Part shown: piece by piece, positions 41,003-41,474 of the stretch
Position numbering within the stretch: position 1 is the stretch's first letter
Layout of the letters: every line of letters starts with the position of its first letter
Source of the DNA: a virus
Taxonomy: Duplodnaviria; Heunggongvirae; Uroviricota; Caudoviricetes
Direction: 5' to 3' (one strand)
IMG/VR virus record: IMGVR_UViG_2734482774_000012
Coordinates: 1-41,474 of that record
Length of the DNA stretch: 41,474 nucleotides
The notes under the pieces: model-generated
The model's database searches: none
What the model was told of the DNA's origin: nothing
The model's input: the letters and a program-made list of their open reading frames with translations, nothing else
Translations under genes and position numbers: made by a program

Positions 41003-41403
41003 TGCAACAGGAATGGAATCTAGTCGATGCACTGTGGTATATAATGTGAAAATTAGTGCAAAAAAAACTCAATCATTACATGTTAATATTTGTCTTATGC
41101 TAATGCCTAATTTGCTATTAGGAGGTAACTACAATATAAATCCAGCTATGAAATAATTACATCATCTCCAGAAATCACCTGAAAAAACCACTAGACAGAA
41201 CCAAGACACACAAAGCTTTGCACTGGATTGCAAGGCTTTGTGCTCTTCTATGCTGAGTGGCTACATGTTTGAAGATCGTTGTGCCGTATTTGTGACATAC
41301 ACATGACAACATCATGCATCAACTTTCTGTTTGTGCCATCAACTATTGCTTGGTGAATGCGGTTAATGCTTGCTAAAACAGATAGTTATGATTGGTGCTA
41401 CAG

Positions 41404-41450
41404 ATTCGTAATGCGAAGGTCGTAGGTTCGACTCCTATTATCGGCACCAT
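41404..41450. repeat. attR core: 47-bp direct repeat of the thrW 3' end
   Basis: Exact copy of 1399..1445; the preceding ~400 bp is AT-rich and non-coding (attP arm). Confidence 0.85.
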
Positions 41451-41474
41451 TAAAATCAATAAGTTACACATCAT

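Overview
The window is an enterobacterial (E. coli-like) chromosomal segment: the 3' flank of the proline operon (complete proA, 1..1254), the tRNA-Thr(CGU) gene thrW (1369..1444), and then a complete ~40 kb temperate prophage integrated into the 3' end of thrW. The prophage is bounded by a 47-bp direct repeat (attL 1399..1445, attR 41404..41450). It is a mosaic lambdoid phage with P22-like morphogenesis. Left to right: integrase and excisionase (minus strand); a leftward early operon with many small genes, a Rad52-type annealase, SSB, a DnaQ-like exonuclease, Kil-like and CIII-like genes and a P22 gene-24-type N antiterminator; a lambda-type immunity region (OL1-3, cI, OR1-3, cro) in which rexAB is replaced by an unrecognised three-gene cassette; a CII-like gene; O-like initiator with internal iterons and a DnaB-type helicase; a lambda-like nin region (ninB, ninE, ninF, ninG, ninH, Ser/Thr phosphatase); a Q-like antiterminator; two tRNA-like genes; a lambda-type lysis cassette (S, R, Rz/Rz1); Rha and small accessory genes; then a P22-type head and ejection module (TerS, TerL, portal, scaffold, coat, gp4/gp10/gp26, gp14/gp7/gp20/gp16 analogues), an immI-like region (mnt, arc, ant) and a tailspike. 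All core modules look intact, so the element is plausibly inducible. The two loci most worth follow-up are the three-gene cassette downstream of cI (10103..11355) and two exported-protein genes translationally coupled to mnt (36596..37421). All homology statements are from reading the translations and my recollection of reference proteins; no database search was run, and coordinates of genes shorter than 60 aa come from manual translation.
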